Position numbers and translations under genes: made by a program. Positions 32,069 through 43,258 of a DNA stretch of 64,000 nucleotides are shown piece after piece. Each line of letters begins with the position of its first letter. Positions within the stretch are counted from its first letter, which is position 1. The stretch is from assembly GCA_019429005.1 (NCBI GenBank), contig JAHYJR010000005.1:54581-118580 (forward strand), in the 5' to 3' direction. Below the pieces are notes generated by a model, which saw nothing but the letters and a program-made list of their open reading frames with translations, did no database searches and was not told the DNA's origin. Source of the DNA: Nanobdellati archaeon (lineage in GTDB: Archaea; EX4484-52; GLR71).

Positions 32069-35000
32069 CTAATTTATTTTATTATTATTATTTGGATTAT
32101 TTGTTTTTTCATCATCTTTTTTGGATTTATAGCTTTGTTTCCATATTAAATAGATTATTGTGAGGAGGATAATAATATCTAAAATAAGAGATCTATCTAT
32201 ATCAAAAGAACCCGATTTATCTTTAACTTCTTTAGCATCTTTAACCTCGAAAGTTCGCGTTGATATGGCTTCTCGTCCGGTATAAGTTACAAATGCTTCA
32301 AATGTATACATACCTTTTTCTGTGCTTTCTGGAAGGTAAAGGCTTAATGTTCTTTCTTTTTTATCTACAACAGCAATGGTGTCTGTTGATTCTGTAATCA
32401 GTTTACCACTCATAGTTTTTATTGCATAATTTATAACAACATCAACTTTTGCTTTAGGACCACCCATATTTTCCATTGTTAATAGTGCCATAACAGGATT
32501 TCCAACTGTTACAGTTCTTGTGATAATGTCCACAATTATATCAAATAATGGTATATTAACATCTGTATACATCTCGGTTCTAATGTGTTGCTGATAACTT
32601 GGATCATAACCACCAATTATTGTTGGAAGTAACCATGAACCACCACCCAATATTGTTGCATTATAAATGATAGTAATTGTATCATTATTATATAATAATC
32701 CATCCCAATTTGTATAATTATATGTGAAATTATAATGGTAAATGTCAACAAGAACACCATCTGGTAATGTATCACTTCCAGGTGCACCTAGGTAATAATC
32801 CGAATCATTTAAGAATTGATACGTCTGATCTGTTGACGCATTATAATATGTGATATTCTTATTATTTATTGTTGCACTATTCGGCAAGAAATCTGCTATC
32901 AATATTTCACCCATTGGATTTAATCCGATTTCTTGTATTATTATTGTGACTGTTATATTCTGTGGATTTACAGGATTAATCCATATATATTTAGTACCTC
33001 GAAGCACAGCTTCAGACGCCATAATTGTTTTAGTTATATAACTTTCATTAATATTTTCATTTATATCAATAACAGACGCATTTGTATACATTGTCCTGTT
33101 TTCACCAGGTGTTAGTTTAGCTGAAACCATCAAATATTTAAATTCAATAGAATCATTTTCATCTAAACCAGAACCGATATTTGTCAGAGACATATTTGTT
33201 ATATTGACCTGTATCTGTGTATTGTTTGTTCCAATAAGATCAATAATTTCAATGTTTAATCCTGTTGTGATTTCTGTAATTTCAGCTGTTGTGTAGTTCT
33301 TGAAATTAACAGTTATACTTGTTGAGTTATAGAAATCATAAGGTATTTCATCAGTGATGTTTATTGAATATACTTCATTTTGTGTACTGTTTATTTTGAT
33401 TGTGGTTGTCACATTTATTGTCTCATTCTCGTCTGAGACGATGATGTCAGGTGATAATATTTTGGTTATCTGTGTTGAAATACTATTTTGAGTTTCATAT
33501 GTAAAATATAATATTTCAGTTGAATTCATATTTCCAGAAGTGTCGTTCGCATATACCTGCCACCTTATTGTCGCACCTACTGTTGAATTGACCCACTTAC
33601 TCACATTAGACCAGTTACCTGTTCCTGTCATGTTGACATAACTATCATTCACAAATGTTCCAGTTCCATTATCAAATGAAAATATGTATCCTGAAAGTGC
33701 ACTATCTGACCAGTAAAGGCTGAACAGGACATCAATCCCTGCACTTGTTGAGTCTGTCTGGTTAAGTGAATATAATGGTGCGGTTACATCTTTGATTGTA
33801 ATATTAACAGTTTCTGTAACATTATCTGTAATATAAGCACGGTATGTTGTCGCATTATAATCGACAAAAAATTCCCAAGTTGTATCTCCTAGACCTGTAG
33901 CATTCACAGTCCAATTATTGGTACATTCATCACCTGCACGCATATCAGATAAACAATTAGAATATAGTCCATCTTGTGGATTATCGGATGTTGTATAAAA
34001 TGGTCTTGCACCAACAGTCATAGAAATAACTTTTGTAGTTACATCAAAGGTCCATGAACTAAATGTGGTATTACCATCACCATCTCCTGCAAGGATACTG
34101 ACATTCCATGTACCAATCATATCTATTACATAATACGATGAATTCCAATATGTAGTCCAGAGTGAACTGTTATAATACATTGTTCCATTTTCATTATTTA
34201 TTACTTTTGTGCCTAAGGGATTTATCAATGTGAAATTAACCCATTCAATACCGGGTCTATTATAATCACTGACAATTGTATTTATCGTGATATTATTCCC
34301 ACCTATTGGCTGGTATGGATATGTCTGATTAGTTTCTATTACCGGTGGTGCATAAGCAAGGTCTGTAACTGTTCCATACCACCCCCATTGACTATTAATA
34401 TATGTTGAATCTGGTAGTGTTATGACCTTAAAATAATTACTATCATTAGTTTTCCAACAAGAGACCCATTCAGTTTCTGCAAAATAATCTATATTACCAT
34501 AAGTCCGTCCATCTGTTTTATTGCAGATGATTGAATCATAATCTACAATACCAAGATTTACGGCTGTAGAGCCACCTGTTATATGATTTCGGATATTAGT
34601 TGCTGTACCACTTCCCCAACCACCATAAGGTGCTGAACTATCTCCAAAGGTCATATCACCCAATAGTGAATCATGGTTTGCTGTTATTTTATTGTCAAGA
34701 TCATAGAATGCTCCATTTACAAATAATTCTGCATGCATTGTATCTCCAATCCTAATTGGATCTTCCCATAGAATTTTAATTTCATTATAATATCCTAATG
34801 AATTAAACGCAGTTATTGTTGCATTATATTCTATAGTTAATGCATCATGAACAATCCATGTCCCAATCCATTGTCCTTCATAAATAGTACCGTCTGTTAA
34901 ATTTAATGTGATTGTTTCAATCCCACCCATATCAATAGTCATTAATACAATTCCTTGTGAGTCTTTAGCACGAATATCAAAATGCATTGTATCATTATTG

Positions 35001-38000
35001 ATTACACTTTTAGGCCATAATTTAGTATCAATAAATACAGGTCCAATTGATTCTGTTTTATCTTCTTTTTGTTCAGGATCTAAAGTCGCATTAAATTGTC
35101 CGCATTCACCATCAAGACAAGTTATTTTACTTTCAAATGTAAAAAACTCATTTTGAGATACATTTGTCGGTATTGTAGGGGTTACTAATTCTACATTTAT
35201 ATGTCCCCATGGCACAAACCACGAGGTTTGGTTAGACTTAGAAACTGTGTCATCATTTATACACGTTCCAGTTATATTCCATTGACCTGAATCCGTTATA
35301 TTAATCCCAGAAGGTAATGTATATATCCACCAATCTCCATCTGTAGATGTTGCATTATTTGCGTTTAAAAATGTGGTATCATCAATTATATTTTTTACAA
35401 GGTATGTTGCATTTGTGATATATTGTCCACCGTCAGCAGTACAGTTCACTCTAATTTGAGTTATATTTTCATAATATGAATAATTACAAATACCCCATTC
35501 AGAACTGCTATTATAACATTCAACAGCCCCTATTATTGGTTCTGAACTGACAGATATTATTGTGCTATTTTCTCCAGTAATACTATCTTCATCTGTAATA
35601 TTTGTTTTAATTATGTATGCCCCATTTGAAGTTGGTGCATTAAAGGTTATGTTGTAATATCCAATATAATTTGTTCTGGGACCATATTCAATTGCAAATG
35701 TAATATTATTTATTTCAGCAGTCTGCCATATATTATCTGTCGTAAAATTAATACGATATTGTAGGGTATTATCAATACCAAGACCACATCCCGACTCAAG
35801 AAGTGTATCATTATAAACTTCACACCAGCTAACATTATTTTCTGTTGATACAAAAACAGTAAAATTTGTTCCTGTTGGTATTGTTGCATACCACACAGGT
35901 TTCACAGTCAAAAGTGTTCCGGGTATATATACTAAATCCGAATCATAAGTACCATTTTCATTATATTGGATTGTATATTTTACAGTTATATTGGTTGGAT
36001 AATAATCATCATTCAGTGCATATGCACTATGTGTTATACGTGTCACTTTACTATTTTTTTCAGGATTTCCAGCATTATCTATAGTCTCTTCAAGAACATC
36101 ATTCACATATATTGTCCACGTTGTACCATCAAATAATACATTGACTTTATATTCTGTATTATCACTGATAACAACGCCAGTATCAATAGAATATGCTGTA
36201 TTTCTAACATCACTAAATGAGGGATTACAGATCCCATCATAAACATATAAATGATTATTGCCTTCATAACGATATATTGTAAATATACCCAGATTACAAC
36301 CTTCAGTACCTACAAATGTTACAATTCTTGAATGTCTGTCCAAGAATGATGATTTTGTCTGAAATAAGGAATAATTGAAATAAAAGGTATAATTTATAGT
36401 ATCTGGAGGTGTTTCAAAATCATGATAAAAACCATTATTTGGAACATTATATGTTGAGATACCCCAATCACTTTTTGCATATGCGGTAAAAATATTCTTA
36501 TCTACATCCGGGCCGAATTCACCGCTAACTAAGGTCTCTATGTATGGATACATCATATGACTGGTAGCTAATTGATCTGCCGTATTATTCATTGTCTGGT
36601 TTTGAACATATGTGCCAGATACCCAATACGTACTGTTTTTCCAATCATAAGATGCGGTGTTATTCATCAGACTATCATTCAAATATACATTAACTCTTTG
36701 ATCTATAACAGCATTTGTTGAACCTTCATATAGTGCAAACCCTGAAACAAATACATCTTCATTAGCTGCATAAATGAGTTTATTCGGATTTAAACTGATT
36801 GTGATATTATCTGAATTGAAAAAGTGATGGTGTGTCGCTTCTGTATTGATGTTTCCAATTGTATCGTTACATTTATACCAAAAGTTATAAGCTATCTTAT
36901 TTGAGATACTAGTATAATTATATGCGTGTGTTATTGTTTCCTGTCCAATTTCAAAATCAGTTCCTGTACCATATTCAAAGTCACTTATTGTATCGTTCCA
37001 TTGACAATTTGCATTTGTATCTGTTGTGATGTTTAACCAGATCCATGTATTTTCAGTGTATATGTTTGAATCATTATTTGGGTATACGATAGTTATTATT
37101 GGTGGAAATATGTCTGTCATTATATTTGGTTGTGGGAATATTCCAGAATGTATTGTAGGCATCCATAAATTAAGCGTACTATAATCGCCTTTTGTAAAAA
37201 CAAGAAGATAATTTATTTCATCTGTTGAACTTGCAGATGTTGGATTATATTCAAGGCGTAAGCCTTCATTATCATTTGTTGAATCGTTCCAAAATCCAAC
37301 AGTACTTATCGTTATATTTTCGGATTCATTAAATCTGACTAAAGATATAAAGCTTGTATTTGTTGAATCTTCTGTTATTGAATTGTCAAATATCAATGAA
37401 TAATTGCTGATAAGCATACTATAATCAGTCCATTGGTCTGTTGGTAAATCGGTTATAAGTCCCGTAGAACCATTTTCAAGTGCATAATTATCATCAATAG
37501 CAGAAGAACCCAAAGTTCCAGTAATGATTGGGAATAGTGAATTTATATTTGTTATATTTTCATCAAAGTTATGTATCCTATAGTTAAGATAATCAGATGT
37601 ACTATTAATAATTTTTACAGTGATATTAAATGTGGTTGTATAAACTGTAGTGATTTTTGAACGTATCATAAACTCATTACCCCCTGATTGAACTTCCCAA
37701 CCTGAACCAAAATCAAAATAACTGTTAGTAGGTGGTGAAGCAGCACCATCATCAAGGAAAAAGGGTCCACCTGTAACGGAATCTCCTGTATTTTCTGTAA
37801 GTTCAACACCTATCCAGAAATTACCTGATGTTATTTCAATATTATATGAAGATAGGTCAATTGTCGCCCAATTAGAATAAAAAGAAGTAATTGTTGTATT
37901 GAATGGCTGTATCAAATTATTTCCTGGCACGCCTTCATTATCTTCATAGATATGTATAATATATACTGTTGATCCAACTGTATTTATATCATAAAGTTGA

Positions 38001-41000
38001 ATATTTGTACTCATAATTTTATAAGGGTAATTCGTTGTGGATGCTGTGAACTTACATGCAATTGTATCTCCAATAAATCTATTTGTATAAAATGATGACG
38101 CTGCACCATCATCATTTTGTAATGTCTCTTCTGTTGGACTATCTGGTACAAAACGATATTCTATTTGCATATCTAGTTCAATTTCAGCTAAATTTTCACC
38201 TTCTTGTGAAAATGTCTTAGATGTATATTTAGAAGTGACCATATTGTTTATTACAATATCACCTAATCCAAATAATGTATTATCTGAAAGTGTTTCAATA
38301 TTATATGATTCATTTAATTCTTTATTTTCCAAAAAGATGATAGCTTGTGTTGTATTTATAGTTCCATTATATACAATTATTAGATTTTCGCCTTCAATAA
38401 TATAATCCTCCGTATTATCAGCATCATAATCTAATTTATATGCTGAAACATTTGATCCTGAATAAATGTGTATTGTGGTGTTCTCAATTAAAGAACCATA
38501 AGGATTTGTTGCGTTAATTTTTATAGTATAAATTCCAGGTGCGTCTGTTATTTGAGATGTCCAATTACCATAATATCTACTTGAACCACTACCACTATAA
38601 GTGAGATTTATCGTATTAACAATGTCATCTGTATTATTAATTATACTTAAAATAACATCTCCGTCTGTAACATTTCCTGCTTGATTTGTAACTTTTGTAT
38701 CTATGAAAATTGTATCATTTATTGTAAAAAGTTTATCTAAATATAGGTAGTTTGAATCTCTATAAGTTTCAATAATTATATTTGTTGGTAGTGGAGATAC
38801 AACGTCAATTTCTATGTTTGGGTATGGGTCATCATAATCAATATAACCTTGTGTGTCATTAACCCAAGAAGTATTTACTGATAAGGTCCCACCTGTTGAT
38901 CCTACATTGAGTACAACACCATAAATACTTCCACCCGAACCACAAACTCCTGTTGAATTTGATGTAGATATATTTGATGATGTTCCATTTGGATATTTTA
39001 TTTCAATCCATGTGCTGCTTATTGGATATGATTCAATCGTTATGGTGTGGTTTATACAAATTTCAGTATTTATACTTACTGTTGTTGCATTAACTGTAGT
39101 TTGATTTGTTTTTGGTTTTATATTGACTGTTATTGGACTATTAACTGTATTTCCTGTAGTAGTACATTTTTTTGTAACTGAATCATCGCATGCAAATGCA
39201 TACCAATTTTGTGCACCTGAACCTGTACTTACCCAAGTACAAGTATTTTCAGAACCATCTGCAACTGTGGATGACGACACACAATATGCACCACCATCAC
39301 AAGTTGGGGGTAATCCACCAGTAACTGCATCGGTTTTACATATGGCTAAGTACCAAGTATCACCATTTATATCTGTTGCTGTTGCGTTAAATGTAACTGT
39401 ATTTCCAAGTAGTACAGGATCTGGATTGTCTTTGGGAGTTACAGTAAAAACTGGCGGTGCTGGTGCTGCATCAATCCACCAAATGTTTGTTGTAATTTTA
39501 TTTTGTTTATTTAAAATCCCAGTTTGTAATGTTAATATCACTGGTGCATTATACCATTCAGATGTATGGGTCACATTTAACGTATAATTCATCTGATACT
39601 GTTGTCCATCTAAAAAATAACTTTCATTCCATCTTGTCCTTGCAAACAGTTCATCTGGTCTATCCCATAATTCAAAAGATCGTGTTGTTAGGTTATCTTG
39701 ATTAATAAGTAAAGAAAGTGCTGGGTCTGAAATATTATACGATTCTAATCCTGATGTTAATGATAATTCTAAAGTATCATTTTCATAAGTTGTATTTATG
39801 CGTATATTGTAATTTATGACTGTTATTTCAGATTCACTATATTCATTGTTACCTACATTTGTAATTGTTGGTGTTACAAGAATCTCTCTCCAATCTGTTT
39901 CAAGGTAATATTCTAATGCAATCTCAATTCTATTGTTTTTATCTTTGAATGTTGTAAATCCTGTCAAGTTTGTATATGTTATATTATCTGTTGTTGCAAT
40001 CCATTCCCATGTGCCATCATCAATACAATATTGATACCATACTGTTGATTTTAATCTTGCACAATAACTTGTGTATCCCCAATATGCATATTGATCGTTT
40101 GTTATCTGAAAACCATTTGTTAGGTTGACATAATAACTATCGTATGTATTCCAAAGATGATATATACTCTCTACATATTCATATCCTATATCTGTTGTCG
40201 GATCAATATTTACAGGGTATGCTCTTAATGGGTCATTCAACCACATATAAGGTGTTTTTATGGTTATAAATATAGAATTACCTTGTTTTTTAAGTTGATA
40301 TTTTAACTCTGTGTAATCATATTCATTGTCGTAAGCATACGGTTTTTGCATGTAGAATAATGTATTTTCTGTGTTTTGTTCTTTGAACAAAATCTTTTTT
40401 GTAGTTTCAATTGTGCTTTTTTTATCCCATAATGCGTCGTTGATATAAATATCTAAATTTGCAGTATAATCAATAAGAAAATCCATATCAAGTGTAATGT
40501 TATTTCCTGCCAGAACATCTGGATGCGGTTGCGTTGGTTTTTGGTCTAGTATCAAATTCTTTTCTAACTTATCTGTTTTTACTGTATATGTAAGATTGTA
40601 ATTGTTTCCAAAAATGTTAGGATATACAAATGTATCACCTTGTTCAACACCTATAATTGGTTGTGTCTTATTTATCTCTTGAGTGTATCCATCTGAATTT
40701 CTATAGTTTAATGATATCGGCTGGTATGTAACATAACCTTCAGCAGGATTGGTTTTATTTATTGTTTCTTGACTAAATTTAAATTTAATTGCATCTAAAT
40801 TTAGAGGGTCTTGTTTAAAATATGTCTTATGTGTATTGTTTTCAACACCATAATCATATTCTAGTTCATCTTGTGGTTCTGAAGTTATCATCGTATTTGC
40901 TGTAATATATTCAGTTCTATTATAATAATTTTTTAGTTTGCCTATGTATGTTGTGTATGTCCCATCTCGGTTTTCAAATTTATCAAAGTTTTGACCACGT

Positions 41001-42493
41001 TGAGATACGGTTTCTTTAGTTTTTTTTTCAGTTTGAACTTCGGTTTTAGTTTGATTTTCGGAGTCGTTCAAATTAATCATATTCAAAATGATACTTGAAC
41101 TATTAATCATAGTTCTATCAAAACTATAGACTTTGATTGTAACTTCATTTTCTCCAGAAGTATAATTTATAGGTACAGTCCATTTGTATTCCCATAAATC
41201 CTCAGAGCTCATTTCTAATTCTATATCTTTTCCGTCTATGGAAAGTATTGTTTTTTTAATAATTTGGCTATTTCCTAATGCATAAAATGAAATCGTTTCA
41301 CCTTGATTTATTTCCGTTTTATTTGTGTATAGGTTTATGTTTGCAGGTTTATTTTCATATTGTATTTCTAAGAAAATGCTGTTTATGTTAATGCCTTTTT
41401 GTTTTAGATTATTATCTGAATCTTGTGTTTGATTTATCGTTTCATTGTTTGGTTGAACTTGTGTTGTTTTTGTAGATTCTTTATTATTTATAACATTATT
41501 TTCTTCAGTTGTATTCATCTCATCTGAAGTTATATTTTGTTCTGTGCTTGTGTTTACTTCAGAATTATTAACTGTATTATTTTCCATATCGATTTGTTCA
41601 TCTGTACTATTATTTTGAGCTACATTAGCGTTTGTTATGTTTTCAATATTTGTAATGTTATCTATAATTTCTAGATTTTTCGTGTTGGTTATATTTTTGT
41701 TAGTTTCATTTGAAGAGTCCGTCGTTGTATTTGTTTTGTTATTTATTGTATTTTCAATATTCAGATTGTCATTTGTATCATTTTCGTTTTCAAGATTATT
41801 ATGTATTGTAATATTTTCATTTGATTCATTCAAGGGTTCAATTCCAATTATGTTTTCATCAATACTATCGTTTAAGCTACTGTTTTGTTTATCTTTATTT
41901 GTTATTCCATTTAACGTTTCATTTGTTTGTTCTGTGTCATCTGTTCTTAGCACATTACCTGTTATCAAATTAGCACTTTCTTTTTTTTGCACGAATTCAA
42001 TACGTATTGTTGCATCGTCAATGTTTTGTATTGCTTGTATATGTGTAGATAAATCACATATAGATTGTTGTGGTTTTGTTGGTACTTCAAAATTACAAAT
42101 ATGTATATATGTTCCATTTATTTGATAATATATATTGCCATCTTGCTTAATGTCAGAATACCAATCTAGCACCAGGTTTAATCCTATTATATTAACAAGA
42201 TTTTGATTTTTATCTGAGAACGAGAATTCAATATATGAAACAGAATCATTTAGGCAGTCGTTTTGTGTTAGGAGTATGTCTTTTATTAATAATTGACGGT
42301 TTGGATTATTGTCATTGTTACATATCATAATATTTTGTGGACTTAATTGGTATTCTTGTCCTGTATTTGATGCTAATAAATAACCTGTAAGATTCGTAAT
42401 TGGACCCATTAAAACTAATAATAATAAGAATATTAGGAGAATGCTGATGCTGGCATAAATTCTATATTTCGTGTCGATATCTAGATTATACAC
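32069..42493 (-). CDS. Giant 3474-aa mosaic surface protein
   Basis: N-terminal hydrophobic segment with LTG/ITG motifs, N/T/E low-complexity linker, YPVNIDPT module, Cys module, many Ig-like and lectin-like modules, C-terminal modules shared with the 1109-aa protein, and a C-terminal TM. Confidence 0.85.
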   Translation of the reverse strand: MYNLDIDTKYRIYASISILLIFLLLLVLMGPITNLTGYLLASNTGQEYQLSPQNIMICNNDNNPNRQLLIKDILLTQNDCLNDSVSYIEFSFSDKNQNLVNIIGLNLVLDWYSDIKQDGNIYYQINGTYIHICNFEVPTKPQQSICDLSTHIQAIQNIDDATIRIEFVQKKESANLITGNVLRTDDTEQTNETLNGITNKDKQNSSLNDSIDENIIGIEPLNESNENITIHNNLENENDTNDNLNIENTINNKTNTTTDSSNETNKNITNTKNLEIIDNITNIENITNANVAQNNSTDEQIDMENNTVNNSEVNTSTEQNITSDEMNTTEENNVINNKESTKTTQVQPNNETINQTQDSDNNLKQKGININSIFLEIQYENKPANINLYTNKTEINQGETISFYALGNSQIIKKTILSIDGKDIELEMSSEDLWEYKWTVPINYTSGENEVTIKVYSFDRTMINSSSIILNMINLNDSENQTKTEVQTEKKTKETVSQRGQNFDKFENRDGTYTTYIGKLKNYYNRTEYITANTMITSEPQDELEYDYGVENNTHKTYFKQDPLNLDAIKFKFSQETINKTNPAEGYVTYQPISLNYRNSDGYTQEINKTQPIIGVEQGDTFVYPNIFGNNYNLTYTVKTDKLEKNLILDQKPTQPHPDVLAGNNITLDMDFLIDYTANLDIYINDALWDKKSTIETTKKILFKEQNTENTLFYMQKPYAYDNEYDYTELKYQLKKQGNSIFITIKTPYMWLNDPLRAYPVNIDPTTDIGYEYVESIYHLWNTYDSYYVNLTNGFQITNDQYAYWGYTSYCARLKSTVWYQYCIDDGTWEWIATTDNITYTNLTGFTTFKDKNNRIEIALEYYLETDWREILVTPTITNVGNNEYSESEITVINYNIRINTTYENDTLELSLTSGLESYNISDPALSLLINQDNLTTRSFELWDRPDELFARTRWNESYFLDGQQYQMNYTLNVTHTSEWYNAPVILTLQTGILNKQNKITTNIWWIDAAPAPPVFTVTPKDNPDPVLLGNTVTFNATATDINGDTWYLAICKTDAVTGGLPPTCDGGAYCVSSSTVADGSENTCTWVSTGSGAQNWYAFACDDSVTKKCTTTGNTVNSPITVNIKPKTNQTTVNATTVSINTEICINHTITIESYPISSTWIEIKYPNGTSSNISTSNSTGVCGSGGSIYGVVLNVGSTGGTLSVNTSWVNDTQGYIDYDDPYPNIEIDVVSPLPTNIIIETYRDSNYLYLDKLFTINDTIFIDTKVTNQAGNVTDGDVILSIINNTDDIVNTINLTYSGSGSSRYYGNWTSQITDAPGIYTIKINATNPYGSLIENTTIHIYSGSNVSAYKLDYDADNTEDYIIEGENLIIVYNGTINTTQAIIFLENKELNESYNIETLSDNTLFGLGDIVINNMVTSKYTSKTFSQEGENLAEIELDMQIEYRFVPDSPTEETLQNDDGAASSFYTNRFIGDTIACKFTASTTNYPYKIMSTNIQLYDINTVGSTVYIIHIYEDNEGVPGNNLIQPFNTTITSFYSNWATIDLSSYNIEITSGNFWIGVELTENTGDSVTGGPFFLDDGAASPPTNSYFDFGSGWEVQSGGNEFMIRSKITTVYTTTFNITVKIINSTSDYLNYRIHNFDENITNINSLFPIITGTLGSSAIDDNYALENGSTGLITDLPTDQWTDYSMLISNYSLIFDNSITEDSTNTSFISLVRFNESENITISTVGFWNDSTNDNEGLRLEYNPTSASSTDEINYLLVFTKGDYSTLNLWMPTIHSGIFPQPNIMTDIFPPIITIVYPNNDSNIYTENTWIWLNITTDTNANCQWNDTISDFEYGTGTDFEIGQETITHAYNYTSISNKIAYNFWYKCNDTIGNINTEATHHHFFNSDNITISLNPNKLIYAANEDVFVSGFALYEGSTNAVIDQRVNVYLNDSLMNNTASYDWKNSTYWVSGTYVQNQTMNNTADQLATSHMMYPYIETLVSGEFGPDVDKNIFTAYAKSDWGISTYNVPNNGFYHDFETPPDTINYTFYFNYSLFQTKSSFLDRHSRIVTFVGTEGCNLGIFTIYRYEGNNHLYVYDGICNPSFSDVRNTAYSIDTGVVISDNTEYKVNVLFDGTTWTIYVNDVLEETIDNAGNPEKNSKVTRITHSAYALNDDYYPTNITVKYTIQYNENGTYDSDLVYIPGTLLTVKPVWYATIPTGTNFTVFVSTENNVSWCEVYNDTLLESGCGLGIDNTLQYRINFTTDNIWQTAEINNITFAIEYGPRTNYIGYYNITFNAPTSNGAYIIKTNITDEDSITGENSTIISVSSEPIIGAVECYNSSSEWGICNYSYYENITQIRVNCTADGGQYITNATYLVKNIIDDTTFLNANNATSTDGDWWIYTLPSGINITDSGQWNITGTCINDDTVSKSNQTSWFVPWGHINVELVTPTIPTNVSQNEFFTFESKITCLDGECGQFNATLDPEQKEDKTESIGPVFIDTKLWPKSVINNDTMHFDIRAKDSQGIVLMTIDMGGIETITLNLTDGTIYEGQWIGTWIVHDALTIEYNATITAFNSLGYYNEIKILWEDPIRIGDTMHAELFVNGAFYDLDNKITANHDSLLGDMTFGDSSAPYGGWGSGTATNIRNHITGGSTAVNLGIVDYDSIICNKTDGRTYGNIDYFAETEWVSCWKTNDSNYFKVITLPDSTYINSQWGWYGTVTDLAYAPPVIETNQTYPYQPIGGNNITINTIVSDYNRPGIEWVNFTLINPLGTKVINNENGTMYYNSSLWTTYWNSSYYVIDMIGTWNVSILAGDGDGNTTFSSWTFDVTTKVISMTVGARPFYTTSDNPQDGLYSNCLSDMRAGDECTNNWTVNATGLGDTTWEFFVDYNATTYRAYITDNVTETVNITIKDVTAPLYSLNQTDSTSAGIDVLFSLYWSDSALSGYIFSFDNGTGTFVNDSYVNMTGTGNWSNVSKWVNSTVGATIRWQVYANDTSGNMNSTEILYFTYETQNSISTQITKILSPDIIVSDENETINVTTTIKINSTQNEVYSINITDEIPYDFYNSTSITVNFKNYTTAEITEITTGLNIEIIDLIGTNNTQIQVNITNMSLTNIGSGLDENDSIEFKYLMVSAKLTPGENRTMYTNASVIDINENINESYITKTIMASEAVLRGTKYIWINPVNPQNITVTIIIQEIGLNPMGEILIADFLPNSATINNKNITYYNASTDQTYQFLNDSDYYLGAPGSDTLPDGVLVDIYHYNFTYNYTNWDGLLYNNDTITIIYNATILGGGSWLLPTIIGGYDPSYQQHIRTEMYTDVNIPLFDIIVDIITRTVTVGNPVMALLTMENMGGPKAKVDVVINYAIKTMSGKLITESTDTIAVVDKKERTLSLYLPESTEKGMYTFEAFVTYTGREAISTRTFEVKDAKEVKDKSGSFDIDRSLILDIIILLTIIYLIWKQSYKSKKDDEKTNNPNNNNKIN

Positions 42494-43196
42494 TATTACA
42501 CCAAATTATTGAACGATTTTGTTTTATTTTTGGAAACTAAAACCTTGTTGTTATTTAAATTGTGTTTAGTATGCCGTTTTATAAACAAAATGTATATTAC
42601 ACTATAATATATAGGATGTGTTTTTATTTAAATGGTTATCTTGTGTACGGAATAAGTACTATTAAGTACTATCTTGTGTTAGTTTGAGTTTTTCTAACAA
42701 ATAATTAAATTTTAAACTTAATTTAATCTTAAATTATCTAAAATTTGATAGTTTTAATTTTATGAAACTCCAAGAATATAATTAAAAACTTAAACTTTGT
42801 ATCTAAATTAAGATACTTATTTATATAGTGTTAAATTATTTTAAAATCAATAACTTAAAGGTTCTTAATTTATTTTGTACCTAAATATAATCTAAAATTA
42901 TTCTGATTTTAAGTGGATTTATTTTAAGTCTGTTTAGTTATAATTTTTTAAAAGTATTTATTTAAATTTATTTTATTGTCTTTTTTATAATCCAAACTAT
43001 GTATTTTTAGAGCTCATAAAATCTGAACAATAGTTTGATTTATGTTGATCTGTACGCTTTGTAGAATCTAACAAAATTGAAATTCTCAATTTTAACAAAA
43101 TTAAAATGCTTTATTTTTATAAAAAAAGTATATATCTTAATAAAAAATTAGTTATTTTAATTTAAAAATACGAGTTTTAACAAAATACACTATAAT

Positions 43197-43258
43197 ATAT
43201 TACATATTAATATATTATATTACATATATTAATAAATTATATTACATATTAATATATT
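43197..43258. repeat. Three tandem 20-22 bp units (atattacatattaatatatt)
   Basis: Units 1 and 3 are identical; unit 2 has a 2-bp insertion and one substitution. Confidence 0.7.

Noticed and set aside
32069-42493. RHS/YD polymorphic toxin or diversity-generating retroelement target
   Set aside because: No YD repeats, no PxxxxDPxG core end, no toxin-immunity pair, no reverse transcriptase, and no TR/VR pair was noticed.
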